DNA of 64,000 nucleotides from Veleropilina oligotropha (Eukaryota): NCBI GenBank assembly GCA_048128005.1, contig JBEUKZ010000067.1, positions 1 to 64,000 of the forward strand, read 5' to 3'. Shown piece by piece: positions 1 to 11,363 of this stretch (position 1 is its first letter; each line of letters starts with the position of its first letter). The notes under the pieces were generated by a model. It saw only the letters and a program-made list of their open reading frames with translations, ran no database searches and was not told where the DNA came from. The position numbers and the translations under genes were made by a program.

Positions 1-2500
1 ACCAGGTTATTTCGTCAGCACAGAACAGTGTCGCACTGGTGTGAGAAGTAATTCTTACACAACACTGTTATTGTGTACACCTATTTTTGTCACCGGTGGT
101 TCCTGTAGGAACTGGCCTGCTAAAACGCCGAAGAGGTGGACGCGGGCCTAAAACTCCATCACACCACCACCACCACCAGGTTATTTCTGAGTTGGCATCT
201 GGCGAGATAACATCGAGGAATCGACATTATAAACAATATGATTGGCTGGCAAGTTGTGGAAACAAGACTGCGACTTTGACTGACAGTCACATAACAAAAG
301 ACGTACTTAATTACTGTGATGTAATGATGTGTTTTTTTAGTGTATGCATTTAACTTCACAGGCAAGCTAGAATCACCGACGACAGACGGCCACGCCTCAA
401 AAGCGCAGGCCTCGCCTATACCTATACCGGGTGGTTGCAGATTCCGGCCTTTAATCGTCTTCGTGCGGGTGTACTCATAAGGCCGTAAAAACACGACAAC
501 ATGATCCATCCTGATTGCTGTTTAACAGGATGAAAAGAGCACAATGTTATCAGAAAATGTCTCGAAATTTTGTACAATAATCTTATTGTATAACGTGCAT
601 ACGAGTGGAGACCTTTATTTGTACGCCTATTATCATTTCATGCCTATATCTTAGCTAAGCGTTTGTTGCCTATAGAGACTATATAATTAAACTAACAATT
701 CACCCTTTTTTGGCAATAAGTAACAATTTGACAATTATCTTCGCAACACAATATTTTGTTCAAAAAATGTACATCAACGCTTGGTGTTCAGTCGATTGCG
801 ACTCGTCGTAGTCCATCATATTATGCGAAAATCCGTTCAACATCAAAGAAATTGCGACATTTATTTCGATGTTATTTGATTAATGATAATGATAAAATAA
901 CACACTGAAAGTATCAATATATATATGATATGGGTTGGATAGGATCGATGTCCAGTATATTTACAACCTTCAGTTCAACGCAACCCTCTCCGGCCAGTTA
1001 CGGACAACTGCGATTGATAACTGAACCAAGAATACCAATAGGCCTACTCCAACCGAGAATCGAACCCATTTCTTTTAGTTAGCGCAAACGAGCCAGTGAT
1101 TTCAGATTCGGAACTCTAGGTCACACGACTACCGCAGCGGCCGTAGGATATGAGAAAAAAGGGACTTTTCACTATTTGCACGTAAATATTTGACATTGTT
1201 TGGTTTGCATTTGCAAAGCATACTGCCTATACATTGAGGCTAATCATATAATAATTTGCATTGTCTTATTATAGGTTAGATGGCGGATTGTAGGGTCTTC
1301 TCAAAATACTTTTTGATAAGCGTCTACAAGCTGCCGTCTAACCGACTATAGAAGCTCATTTCATTTCTCCACACAAAATAACGAAAATAATTGTAACTGT
1401 CAAATTTGACAAACTGTTTATTTTATCGAAACATATATTAATTACAAAATAATATTTTTTTACCATTATATCAAGAAAATGCATATGGACATTACTACCT
1501 GTCAATCATATTCTTAATAATGAGCTAGGCATCGCAACAATAGACCCGACAAAGTACCGTCTTCGGCAATATGTGACGATAAATACCGCGCTCTGATTGG
1601 TCGATAAATGAAATTGGCTTCTAAATTCTAGGTTGACCAAGTTCTTTTACTTGCAAGTCCCTCATCCTGACTCAAGGATCTAGTGGTTGCCGAAAATAAA
1701 TGATCAAAGAAAGGCATTGTTCATGATATATATTTATGTCAGTTTCCTATATAGGTCTATAAATTATAACATATATGACACGGCAGGTAAGATTACACAT
1801 ATCGGAAGTGCATAGCTATATATGGTGTTCAATTACTTGTATTTATTTTTAAGGCACGAACTTTAAACACACTTTATATCTCTAAAACAATCTTCATAAA
1901 CACAATCACCTTAGTGTTAGAACAAAAACCAAACAGCACACATGATATCTTGGGGAGTTTGGTTGCTGGACATTAACCTTGCTTTTCTATAAGCATTTTA
2001 TGTGTCAGTGGCAAAACAAGCATTTGTTTGTGCCAGTCTTGAACCTTCAAACAATAAAGCAGCTTGATTCCCAGAGGCATGCAGGTGAAATATTTGAAAT
2101 ACTAGTCAACGATTAGTCTGATTAAAGTGATAAAATGTCAAAATAACTTTTAACAATTCGCACAATTAATATCACAGAGCAGATAAACGATAGTGAAATA
2201 AAGTGAAGCATGAATTCGTTGTCAGCACAGATAATTAATGAATATATAGAAACATTGAGATCTCCTTTCACAATGTAGTAAGTTTAACAACTATTAAAAA
2301 CGTTAGATTTACAGTAGCGTCCTTGTGATACTGTATCAATAACATTTCAGTGCCTTTTATAAACTATTAGGTGTATGTGATATGCTGATGAATTTGCATA
2401 TACTCGCATGCCAAAAGCATGGATGGAATATTCAGGTTTATATTAATAGTCTATAATTGTGGTTTATGTTGCTAACTTGACAGAAGCATGTAGTATATCA

Positions 2501-2629
2501 AAAGAATCAGTATTCAACCCTAAAGAATCAGTATTCAACCCTAAAGAATCAGTATTCAACCCTAAAGAATCAGTATTCAACCCTAAAGAATCAGTATTCA
2601 ACCCTAAAGAATCAGTATTCAACCCTAAA
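2501..2629. repeat. Minisatellite, 6 perfect copies of 21-bp AAAGAATCAGTATTCAACCCT
   Basis: Directly visible tandem array. It generates the spurious LGLNTDS-repeat ORF. Confidence 0.95.
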
Positions 2630-3399
2630 TGAGACTTTTGCATTTGAAGTGAGACCACAATTAAGAGCGCGAAACCAGAAACGTTCAAATGAGCTGAGGG
2701 TCACCCAAAAGCGGTTATGATGCTGGACCACGACGCCAGGTATCTGCGTCCGCTCCCGGGTATGCCGACAATTTATCACAGGTATACGTCGTCTTCATTA
2801 TACGCATTATCCTTCTCTCGGGTAGAGACGTTCAACGGGCCCCGGACTAAAGACACCACTGAAAAACTGAAAAAATCATAATACCAATGACGTAGGTAGT
2901 TACATACTTGAAACTCCGAATAAAAATAGTAATTCAGGATGCTAAATTCGATAAATATACACTAGCTGGTCTTTACTTGGCTATCGAAAGTCAATGATAC
3001 GAAAGATCATAATACGTCCTTACTTGGCGAACTTCGACAATATGGATTAATAGAGATTCCACGACAATTAATGCTCTACATGCAGGCTACTCACAGTACG
3101 AACACAACATGTAGCCTAAGACTAATCACCAATAGCTGACCAATGGTCTATCTATACATTTCCACAATACACCTGGCACACGCGATCCGTTCTATCAACG
3201 ACATACTAAACTCACTCCGGGTATTGTTGCAGACATTGGTCGGCATGTAATTTTTGCACCTGTTTTTTTTACAATAACAGCAAAGTGCACAAACTTCAAT
3301 TTTATTCTTTTGTACCAATGACAATATAATGACGTAACTGTACAACCGTCAACGTAATAAAAATCCATCCCTTTTTCTAATACTTCCATTTGGATTGTG

Positions 3400-3647
3400 G
3401 AGGGAGGAATGATGCTAAATGTCCTGTATATTTACATCGAGGTTCAAGGCAGGACATGTCCGTGTTATCGCGGGAGGAAACCCCGGTCGCCCGCCCTCTT
3501 CGGCCAGTCGCGGACAACTGTGATTCATAACTTGAACAAATGTCAATGCCTCAGCCAGGTATTGAACCCACTACTGTTCGCGTTAGCGGAATCAAGCCAG
3601 TGAAGTTAGAGTGGACACTCTACCCACTGCGCTGCCGAAGCGACCAT
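3400..3647 (-). mobile_element. tRNA-derived SINE with 12-bp TSD
   Basis: ATTTGGATTGTG flanks both sides (3388-3399, 3648-3659). Near-identical to the inverted copy at 4248-4514. Confidence 0.85.
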
Positions 3648-4247
3648 ATTTGGATTGTGTCATATATAGTGGTTGTGACTCTGTACGTATTTTTACTCAA
3701 ATAAACGTAAATCTATTATAATTAGGTAATATATATATATACATAGGAGATACATATGTATTAAATGTTATTCCGAACATGAAAAATGTTCATCGTATCA
3801 TGAAAAAATGCCCACATAATTCAAATACAGGTAACGCAACGAGCGAAGACAACAAGGGGATTATAAAATTGGGACGCCGTTTATCGAAATCACTGACCAA
3901 TGACACAATAATTATCTAATTCACCTGTCCATTCTGGACATGTAAAACGTACGACATATGTTAGCAATTGACACATATATGTAGTCGCGTTGGATATAAT
4001 CTCGGGTATCCAGAAATGTTAAATAATTATTAAAATCGGTTATTTAACATGACTGATTATCATCATTTTCCTCTGTTTTTCGAATTCGTTACCCCTGTTT
4101 CCGCATCCTTTTCTGACTAGAAATACTGATGGCATGATCGCGTTTACACTCCATAATATCATATAGTATTTCGTAAATGCAAAGTTAGTTGTAGAATTAT
4201 ATCATCATCGTCTTCATCCATTTATGCGTTTGAGACTATGTAGCTCT

Positions 4248-4514
4248 GCGGCCGCTTCGGCAGCGCAGTGGGTAGAGTGTCCACTCTAACTTCACTGGCT
4301 TGATTCCGCTAATGCGAACAGTAGTGGATTCAATACCTGGCTGAGGCATTGAAATTTGTCCAAGTTATGAATCACAGTTGTCCGTGACTGGCCGAAGAGG
4401 GCGGGTTTACCCGGGCGACCGGGGTTTCCTCCCGCGATAACACGGACATGTCCTGCCTTGAACCTCGATGTTGTAAATATACAGGACATTAAGCATCATT
4501 CCTCCCACTATCAT
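4248..4514 (+). mobile_element. tRNA-derived SINE with 14-bp TSD
   Basis: TSD GACTATGTAGCTCT at 4234-4247 and 4515-4528. A-box-like CAGCGCAGTGG and B-box-like GGATTCAATACC in the head. More diverged relatives lie near 945-1143, 35690-35945, 40065-40315, 48495-48737, 49005-49235 and 63720-63820. Confidence 0.85.
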
Positions 4515-5349
4515 GACTATGTAGCTCTTCTATTTCCCTTGTTGCGTTGGCTTTCTGTTGTCAAATATTTTATTATTTCGAAAATTCTAGCGCAAATTAT
4601 TAATACATTATTAATGTAGGGGGGTTAACTTGATATTCTTACGTCTTTTAAGTACGTGTAAATCACTTTATTTCATTGGATATACGATTATTTGTCATTG
4701 AGTATATTTTAGTGTATTTGAGTAAAAAGACGCACCCGTTGTGAATCACGATTTATGGGAGACAACTGTGGAGAGATCTGATTTTGTTGAAGCAATTTAT
4801 GTCGCCATCTCATTAAAGTGAAATATAATTTGGTCTGGTCTCCTTTAAGACATGACAGAAGAACGAACCATGAATCCATACACTCTCTCCCCACTGGTAA
4901 CATTTTGGAGGATCGTTCCGGATTGACGGCATGTGTTACGGTTAAAATATAGCACTGGCACAAGCATACATTACTCCTATAACATATGCGACCGGGTTGA
5001 CGTGCCTTCCCAACCCTATAGCAGGCTCTAACGTTGTTGGAGTAAAGCATACATCAACTACGATAAACATTGCCAGATGATAATGCAGCATATATAATGT
5101 TGAAACCAGTTGGTGAACTTGAAGATAAACACAAATTTACAGAAACACATTCATCAGCCTATTTACTACCCGAATTAGCATGAAATCTTCATGCAGAATT
5201 GGAGAAAGAGATAAACAAGCACGTCTTCATCGAGTTTAATACAGGCAGCTAGATAGATCTGAAAAGCAATGTCTCCTTCGCGCGTTTGATATAGGATATA
5301 TATAGGCATTTAGAAGGATTACCCAGAAAGCCAAGCTAAGACAGTATTC

Positions 5350-5510
5350 TGAAAAGGCAGGGGTGTATAGATCAGATGTGCTCTAAGGATCACGATCGAG
5401 CAGTGAGTGCATCGAGTGGAACACCCGTCTGTACATCAATTTCGACTTCCGGAAAGCCTACGACACCGTTCACCGCGAACCGCATGGAAGATCTTGAGAT
5501 CATAATTAAG
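5350..5510 (+). mobile_element. Degenerate RTE-clade LINE reverse transcriptase fragment
   Basis: Frameshifted reading gives G..CIDQ..., CIEWNTRLYINFDFRKAYDTVHRE..WKILRS, typical RT motifs of RTE-type LINEs. Confidence 0.7.
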
Positions 5511-5591
5511 GAGCACCCCAAAGATGGTCACACTAATGCATGTGTTTGTCCTCCCAGCATTTCGAGTGCTGTGTCATCGTAAATAACTACC

Positions 5592-6150
5592 TTTTTAGCT
5601 CCGCTGTGACGTATACAGCGGAGCTTTAGTGATACCGCTTTGTCCGGCGTCAACTTTTGATGAAATGTGAATGTCTTCAAAATTGTCTGATAACTTTTTT
5701 TACTTTGGCACGAGCCTTCCTTATGATGTTCTGAACATATCCTGCAAAAATTAGACTGAAAAACCTGTCTCGGTTTTTCTGAAATTTACCTTTCGGGACT
5801 GCTTCTGTGGCAACTTTGGACTTCACATATGAATATCTCCGAAACTGTCTGATAACTTTTTTCTTATTTTGCATGAGCCCTCCTTATCATGTTCTTAACA
5901 TATCCTGCAAAATTATAACAATCTACGTCTGGGTTTTTCTGAAATTGACATTTTGGACTTAGAAAATCTGCTTCTGTGGCAGCTTTTGACTTCAAATGTG
6001 AATATCTCTGAAAACGTTTTTTCTAATTTGGCATAACCATTGCTTATGATGTTCTACCCTTTTTCTAATTTGGCATAGCCATTGCTTATGATGTTCTTAA
6101 CTTATCCTGAGAATATTACAGAAATGTACGTCTCGGAATTTGTCTAAACC
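5592..6150 (+). mobile_element. Non-autonomous Helentron/HINE-like element with internal ~120-bp repeats
   Basis: Starts TTTTTAGCTCCGC..GCGGAGCT (subterminal IR). Homologous to 45115-46217. Confidence 0.6.
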
Positions 6151-6261
6151 GCTGTCCTGCATGTTGGTATGCATGACATGGGGAAGTGTTGCCCAAAATT
6201 TTTAATTTGTTTGACTATATTGATGCATCCCTATTCAGCGAAAGGCCCCTTGTTTAACGGT

Positions 6262-6330
6262 TCTCTGTAGAGTCTGGTGTACGACAGGGATGTATCATAT
6301 CTCCTATCTTATTTATGCGTGTCATTGGGC
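6262..6330 (+). mobile_element. Second RTE RT fragment
   Basis: Translates FSVESGVRQGCIISPILF, the conserved RT QG motif. It continues the 5350-5510 fragment after intervening insertions. Confidence 0.7.
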
Positions 6331-6886
6331 AGCGCAACTGAAGATTCATCTGAATTTGTAATGAGAATTTCATACACACGAAACAAAACCTCATTTTCAT
6401 CAAAGGTAAATGTGTCCAATTCGAAATATGACCCAGTACTCGTTAATGGATTATTTCATTGAACTAGTTGCACCTGCTTGCGTGATCTTGCCATTCGACA
6501 AGAATTTCAACCTTATTTTGAGAAAAAAAACCATGAAAGATGAGGAGTCGATTAATGAACTCAACCGCGTTGCATCGAAGGAAAGCAAACGTAAGTCGAA
6601 CTTCAATAAAAGCGTCAGAACCTTCGAAGTAATGGCATCAGAATAATCTTATCAAATTTAAAAGGTGTATTAGTGTCGGCCGAGATCAAAATTCTGAAAG
6701 CTGATCGAGTTGGCTGTTCTGAAAGGATCGACCCCGATGGGAAAAGTGTCAAGTGAATTCCAGATATCGTCTGGCGTAGTCCCAAGTATGGCAGCTAACA
6801 TTCCTAGATGCCAAAAATGCGTAAAGAGAGCTAGGACCGTTATCTTTGATTATTGTTGGCGATTTGACAGCTTGGGACCATGCACT

Positions 6887-7248
6887 GGGGGGGGGGACTA
6901 GGGGGTTTTGAAATAATCTAGGGAGGGGGCCTCGGCCCCCGGGGAGGCTCCCAGCGCTGTCCGAAACTCGGGTAGCTTAGAATAGTCCACAGGGGGGGCA
7001 TCTTAGAAGTATCCAGGGGGGGGGCAGGGCGGCCGGGGGGGGGGGGGGCTCCCCGCGCCGTCCGAAACTAGGGTAGCTTAGAATAGTCGGTAGGGGGGGT
7101 ACTTTTTAAGAATGGGCCAGCGCCGTCCGAAACTAGGGTAGCGTAGAATAGTCTATTTGGGCCCCGGCTGCCCCGGCGCCCACGCCCGTTTGAACGGAGC
7201 TGGTAGTACGAGCCCTATGGGTCTTGGGCCCGTTACCCTCGCCGGCCC
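6887..7248 (+). repeat. Left terminal inverted repeat (~362 bp)
   Basis: Reverse complement of 22097-22449 with some substitutions/indels. Begins G10-ACTAGGGGGTTTTGAAATAATC. Confidence 0.95.
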
Positions 7249-7388
7249 GTTCGGCCGTCTGCTGTTGTCTCTCCCGCATCTATTATTAGCCGTAGCTTCC
7301 CCCGCGTCTATTCATGGCCCGTTACCCTCGCCGGCCCGTTCGGCCGTCTGCTGTTGTCTTCCCGCATCTATTATTAGCCGTAGCTTCC
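7227..7388 (+). repeat. Subterminal direct repeat, 2 x ~74 bp (period 89)
   Basis: GGCCCGTTACCCTCGCCGG...TAGCTTCC at 7227-7300 and 7316-7388. Confidence 0.9.
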
Positions 7389-7444
7389 TGGTCGCGTCGC
7401 GTATATCGCTGGCTGACTCAACACAGAAACTGTCCACTCATCCT

Positions 7445-7775
7445 GGCTGACGCAACATTATTCCCGGCTGACGCAACATTATTAGGCCTATAGGCCTAAA
7501 AATGACGTACTTCCGGCCTTTACTGTCCGCATCCGGCCTTTTCTGTCCAGAGTTTCCGGTCTAAACTGTTTTTTCTACTTCCGGTATAAACAAACCTACC
7601 GGAAGCTCAGGACAGAAACAGTTTTATCTACTTCCGGTATAAAGTTTCTGGACAAAACTCTGCGCTCTGGACCAAACTTTTCTACCTGGACAAAAACTTT
7701 TATCTGGGTCAAAGATTTTTTTTCTGGGTCGGCCGCAAGATCTCCTGACAAAATCTTTTTTATCTGGGTCAGCAA
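7445..7775. promoter_or_regulatory. Putative viral enhancer/control region with clustered ETS-like and ATF/CRE-like motifs
   Basis: ACTTCCGG(T) at 7509, 7577 and 7630; ACCGGAAG at 7598; GGCTGACGCAACATTATT twice; TGACGT at 7503; degenerate CTGGACAAAA..CTGGGTC repeats at 7648-7771. Confidence 0.45.
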
Positions 7776-7936
7776 CGACAGTAGACGGCTGAGCGGGCTA
7801 AGAATAGACGCGACCAGGAAGCTAGGGTAAACAATACCATTGATAGACGCGGCGTGTGGTGATAAGATCAGCGGGCTATCAATAGATGCGGGGGAAGCCG
7901 GAAAATGTGTTTGAGGGCGGGGACGACCCGAGGCCG

Positions 7937-8341
7937 TTAGATAAATATGTAGTTCCCGCTGGATAGGGTGCAGTTGCATGCCGACCGGTGTCCTATTTGA
8001 CTCCACGCACCCCCGCAGCCGGTAGATAACATTGAGAAATAATGCCCATTTTTCCCAGGGCATAGGGAGGGCTGTTCACACTGGACGCAAACAACAGTAT
8101 TTGGGTCGGGGCCACAGTCATTATCCCCGACAACATAGTAGTGACATGAGGGTGGGGGAACTGGAGGTGGGTCCCGTAGCAAGTTTCTCCGCAAGTGGTC
8201 GTGCCTTATATTGTACATGGGGTGGGCCCGGTACCTGGCCCACGTATGTTCGAGAATGAGTGTGGTGTCGTGTGACGATGCCTGGGAGACACCCGCTAGC
8301 CAGGACACCGCGGCAATGCACATAAGTAGCATGGATTTCAT
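7937..8341 (-). CDS. Viral secreted cysteine-rich protein (134 aa)
   Basis: Intact ORF. Signal peptide-like MKSMLLMCIAAVSWLAGVSQA, Pro-rich linker and C-terminal domain with 8 Cys. TATTAAA lies ~40 nt upstream. Confidence 0.75.
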   Translation of the reverse strand: MKSMLLMCIAAVSWLAGVSQASSHDTTLILEHTWARYRAHPMYNIRHDHLRRNLLRDPPPVPPPSCHYYVVGDNDCGPDPNTVVCVQCEQPSLCPGKNGHYFSMLSTGCGGAWSQIGHRSACNCTLSSGNYIFI

Positions 8342-8412
8342 GGATTTTGGCTTGTCCAGATATCACTGTCCAGTTCGAGCTTTAATACGGGGGAGGGGGG
8401 TCCCCCCCGAAA

Positions 8413-9048
8413 CTAACCGTGCAGGCTATTCGCCAGCTCCGATTTTTCCAAGCGTCCCTCTTTACGACCATGCTCAATTAGCTCGCTTTGGGTCTGTGAA
8501 ACCGCGGTGTGCGCCTTTAGACTTTTGATACGCAGGGTGGCCTTCATTGTCCGATATTTCGCCATCTCGTCTGTAACAAGTCGGAATTCGTCATCAGACA
8601 TCTCCCCGTCCGCTAAGGCCTTTGAGACGTGGTCGCTGATGGTGTTCAGCTTGCTATCGGCCAGTACTCGTATCTCGTCGTGCTTCTTAGCCTTCACTTG
8701 GAGGCGGCGGGAAACGTATTTTCCACCCATACTCGCGAGCCCACACCCCAACGCCGCTAATTCCAGCACTAGTACCACAGGTGCCGCAACAATTGTGGAC
8801 AGTAGACCAATGCCGGCGCTACCCATACCAAGGGTGGCAACGACAAGGGCCGAATCTATCTCGTCAACGAAATTCACGCCTCTTCGGTACTTTTTGTACA
8901 GGGCAGCCCTTGTGTCCCTCTCTCGTTCTAGCTGTCCCTGCAGCTCATTCACCTTCTGTAGTCGGAAAGACTGTGCCTCCGGCAGTTCCATGCCACCAAG
9001 TTGTGGGTACAGCATTGGCGCTGATGGCGGCGTGGGTTTGTTGTCCAT
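8413..9048 (-). CDS. Viral membrane protein with N-terminal PSAP and LYPQL motifs (211 aa)
   Basis: Intact ORF: coiled coil, ~45-aa hydrophobic hairpin, charged helical tail. Confidence 0.85.
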   Translation of the reverse strand: MDNKPTPPSAPMLYPQLGGMELPEAQSFRLQKVNELQGQLERERDTRAALYKKYRRGVNFVDEIDSALVVATLGMGSAGIGLLSTIVAAPVVLVLELAALGCGLASMGGKYVSRRLQVKAKKHDEIRVLADSKLNTISDHVSKALADGEMSDDEFRLVTDEMAKYRTMKATLRIKSLKAHTAVSQTQSELIEHGRKEGRLEKSELANSLHG

Positions 9049-9396
9049 CTATACGTAGCTGTACTGTTCAGCCTGTTGGGATATAAGGTCTACCTTAATG
9101 TTCAAGTAAAGGGTGTTCACCCAGGGGGCCTTGAGGGCAAAGGCGAGGGTCAGCTTCTCCGAATCCAGGCCAACTTTATTTATGGAACATGCCTTGGGGC
9201 TGCCCCCGGCCGGCTGGACCGGCGTCATGTGGATCATTAGAAGGTCTGGGTTCAACCCAAACCGCCCTCCAGCGTTTGGGACCATAAACTCCCTCCTCAC
9301 CAGCCCCTTCTTGCTCGCTTCTCCACAGCTAAGAACAAAGTGCCACCAGGTCGCTGAAGGTTCATCTGCAAGCAGGGTCCCATAGATGCTGCTCAT
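9049..9396 (-). CDS. Viral hypothetical protein (115 aa)
   Basis: Intact ORF exactly filling the gap between penton (ATGA overlap) and the next gene (TAG-ATG abutting). Confidence 0.7.
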   Translation of the reverse strand: MSSIYGTLLADEPSATWWHFVLSCGEASKKGLVRREFMVPNAGGRFGLNPDLLMIHMTPVQPAGGSPKACSINKVGLDSEKLTLAFALKAPWVNTLYLNIKVDLISQQAEQYSYV

Positions 9397-10048
9397 CGTA
9401 TCTCAAGGACTGCGGACATAGGCATACCGTGGTTGTCTAGCAGGTTTCCGTCCGAGTCTGTCACGTAGACCTTCAATTCCGTGAGTTGCCCGGCCTGCAG
9501 TCGCCGAAACGCTGGATAACTATGATGGTGGGCAGCCTCACCGAACACCTGCGACGTTATGGAGACCACCGTGAGAATATTGCTAGGGGCGCCGTCCTTC
9601 ACATTGTGTGTTGTACTGAGCTGCTCCAGATGAACGTGCAGGGTCGCTGAAATGGCGAACCTGACAGGCTTGCTCCCGTTATAAGTCCCAGGGCGTAGCC
9701 ACCCTGAAAGGTTGAAGCCGAGGAGCTTCTGTAGATCATCGGAGATCATGAGTCGAGTCCCCCCTGGGACAACGAGTTGCGCGAGTCCGGTAGCACGGCA
9801 TACGTCTAGCCGCATGGTCGCTAGCGACCTCTTCATAGTTTTGGCGAGGGAATCGAAGCTGTAGAAACCCGGTGCCACCTCCACGGTCGCCCCGGGGTTT
9901 TGAAGAAGGCTCCTGCGTGCACGTTGTGCCACCCGACCCAGTAGTCGAGCGTTCGCAAGCCAACGCATAGCTTGCCTTCCCGGTTATCGATCGGTTGCAG
10001 GAGGGGGACCGCGGTCCCCTCTTGAACACTCGTTACCATGTGGAACAT
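9393..10048 (-). pseudogene. Minor capsid protein (penton, single jelly-roll), one frameshift near 9890
   Basis: Joined ORFs 9833-10048 and 9393-9968 give the Polinton/PLV penton pattern: APGFYS, LLGF, LHVHLEQL..G.PSNIL, FG, ELKVYVTDSDGNLLDNHGMPMSAVLEI. Confidence 0.8.
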
Positions 10049-10056
10049 AGCTAGCC

Positions 10057-11363
10057 ATGGCTAATAGCCCCTATGCTTTCAATAGGAGTGCGGCCTATCC
10101 AACCGGTGTAGTGTACCCAGCAAAGATCAAAGATGAGCAGCTTACAAGACCAGGTGTCGTTGTGTCAGCGTCTGAACATCCGGCATTCGGGGCGAACTAC
10201 CCAGACGTCTTCCAAAAGTATCGCCTCCCACACGTCGCGAGTGACCGGCTACTATGGGATTGGAATAGCATGCCCATGCGGTTTTGGCAGAACAAGGTCA
10301 ACTTCGCAGTCTGGTGTGCTACAATGGGTTCTGGGGTATCCGCAGAAGATCACTTGAATGCCACTGACCCCCTCTCCAGAGCCGTATTCACCTTCCACGT
10401 CTACTATCAGGTCAGAAGGATCTTGTCCGAAATTCAGGCGCCACTGCCTCAAGACACGACGTGGGATGCATTCGACACCCCGTATGACCGCAGGGCATAT
10501 GAGAAGATCTGCGGCGAATTCGGGGTGTCTCCACACACCGACTGGCGAGTCGAGGGTCCCAATAAAGGGCTCGGTACCGCCTACAGCTACTGGACGAACA
10601 ATGGCTACCACTCCATAGGACGTGAGTTCGATCCCAGCCGAATGTCGTTCACACAAGGTACGACAAACACGAATCTGCATGTGGACTACATCGCGCAAGC
10701 GCCTGCGCTTACAAATGGATGGGCTTCGTTTATTCTCGATAAATCGGTGGGGTTTACCTGGGCCGGCATGGAAAGGCTCAATGATTCCATCAGGACCTAC
10801 GTCTGGGCGATTCTTGGAGCGCAGGCTCAAACACGTGCAAGCATTCTGGGTAGTGGGACGGCGTTTGACGCGCAAAAATAGTTCCTGTCAAACGCGGAAG
10901 ATGCCATCTCGTCTCCAGTTGATCTGCCATCAGCCATCAAACGGTACCAGGAGGTGCTTCAGTATGCCAGGTCCAAAGTGGACTTCGTATTCGGCGTTGG
11001 CCTTTATATGTCGCCAAGTGACATGCTCCTGCGAATCGGGCAGGTGGCTGGGTACAACAACGAAATCGTCGTTGCCACGCAAGACCAGATACTAGGTCTT
11101 AATACCACCGTCAACGCGGCCAGTGTGCCGCCCCCCCCAATGCCACTGGGGATACTGGAGAAACAGGACTGGTCATTCCACAAGACGAGGTCGCAGTCTT
11201 ACGGGCAGATGCAAGCATACCGGTGGTCACTCCGAAGCATCCAAATGCTGAGCCGGCTGTGGCCGGGGCAGCTGTTCCACATGACGAGGAGAAAACTGCA
11301 CTCATCATGGGTGGCGTCGTCGTTGGCCTAGCGTTTATTTGGCTGGCTTCACCCACTGGCTAG
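10057..11363 (+). pseudogene. Viral ~430-aa protein with C-terminal transmembrane anchor, disrupted
   Basis: ORF 10057-10881 continues in frame past TAG (10879) into 10954+. A frameshift at C8 (11131-11138) then leads to HDEEKTALIMGGVVVGLAFIWLASPTG*. Confidence 0.75.

Noticed and set aside
2501..2629. CRISPR array or interstitial telomere (contains AACCCTAA)
   Set aside because: Units are contiguous with no spacers, and the telomere-like hexamer is only part of a 21-bp unit. It is an ordinary minisatellite.
4250..4345. Functional tRNA gene
   Set aside because: No canonical cloverleaf. It is the head of a multi-copy SINE with TSDs.
6330..6886. Host gene disrupted by the viral insertion
   Set aside because: Rejoining the flanks across the TSD gives no long ORF or recognisable protein in the frames I read.
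7157..8063. ORFs 7157-7450 and 7596-8063
   Set aside because: Non-ATG or repeat-derived frames across the TIR and control region.
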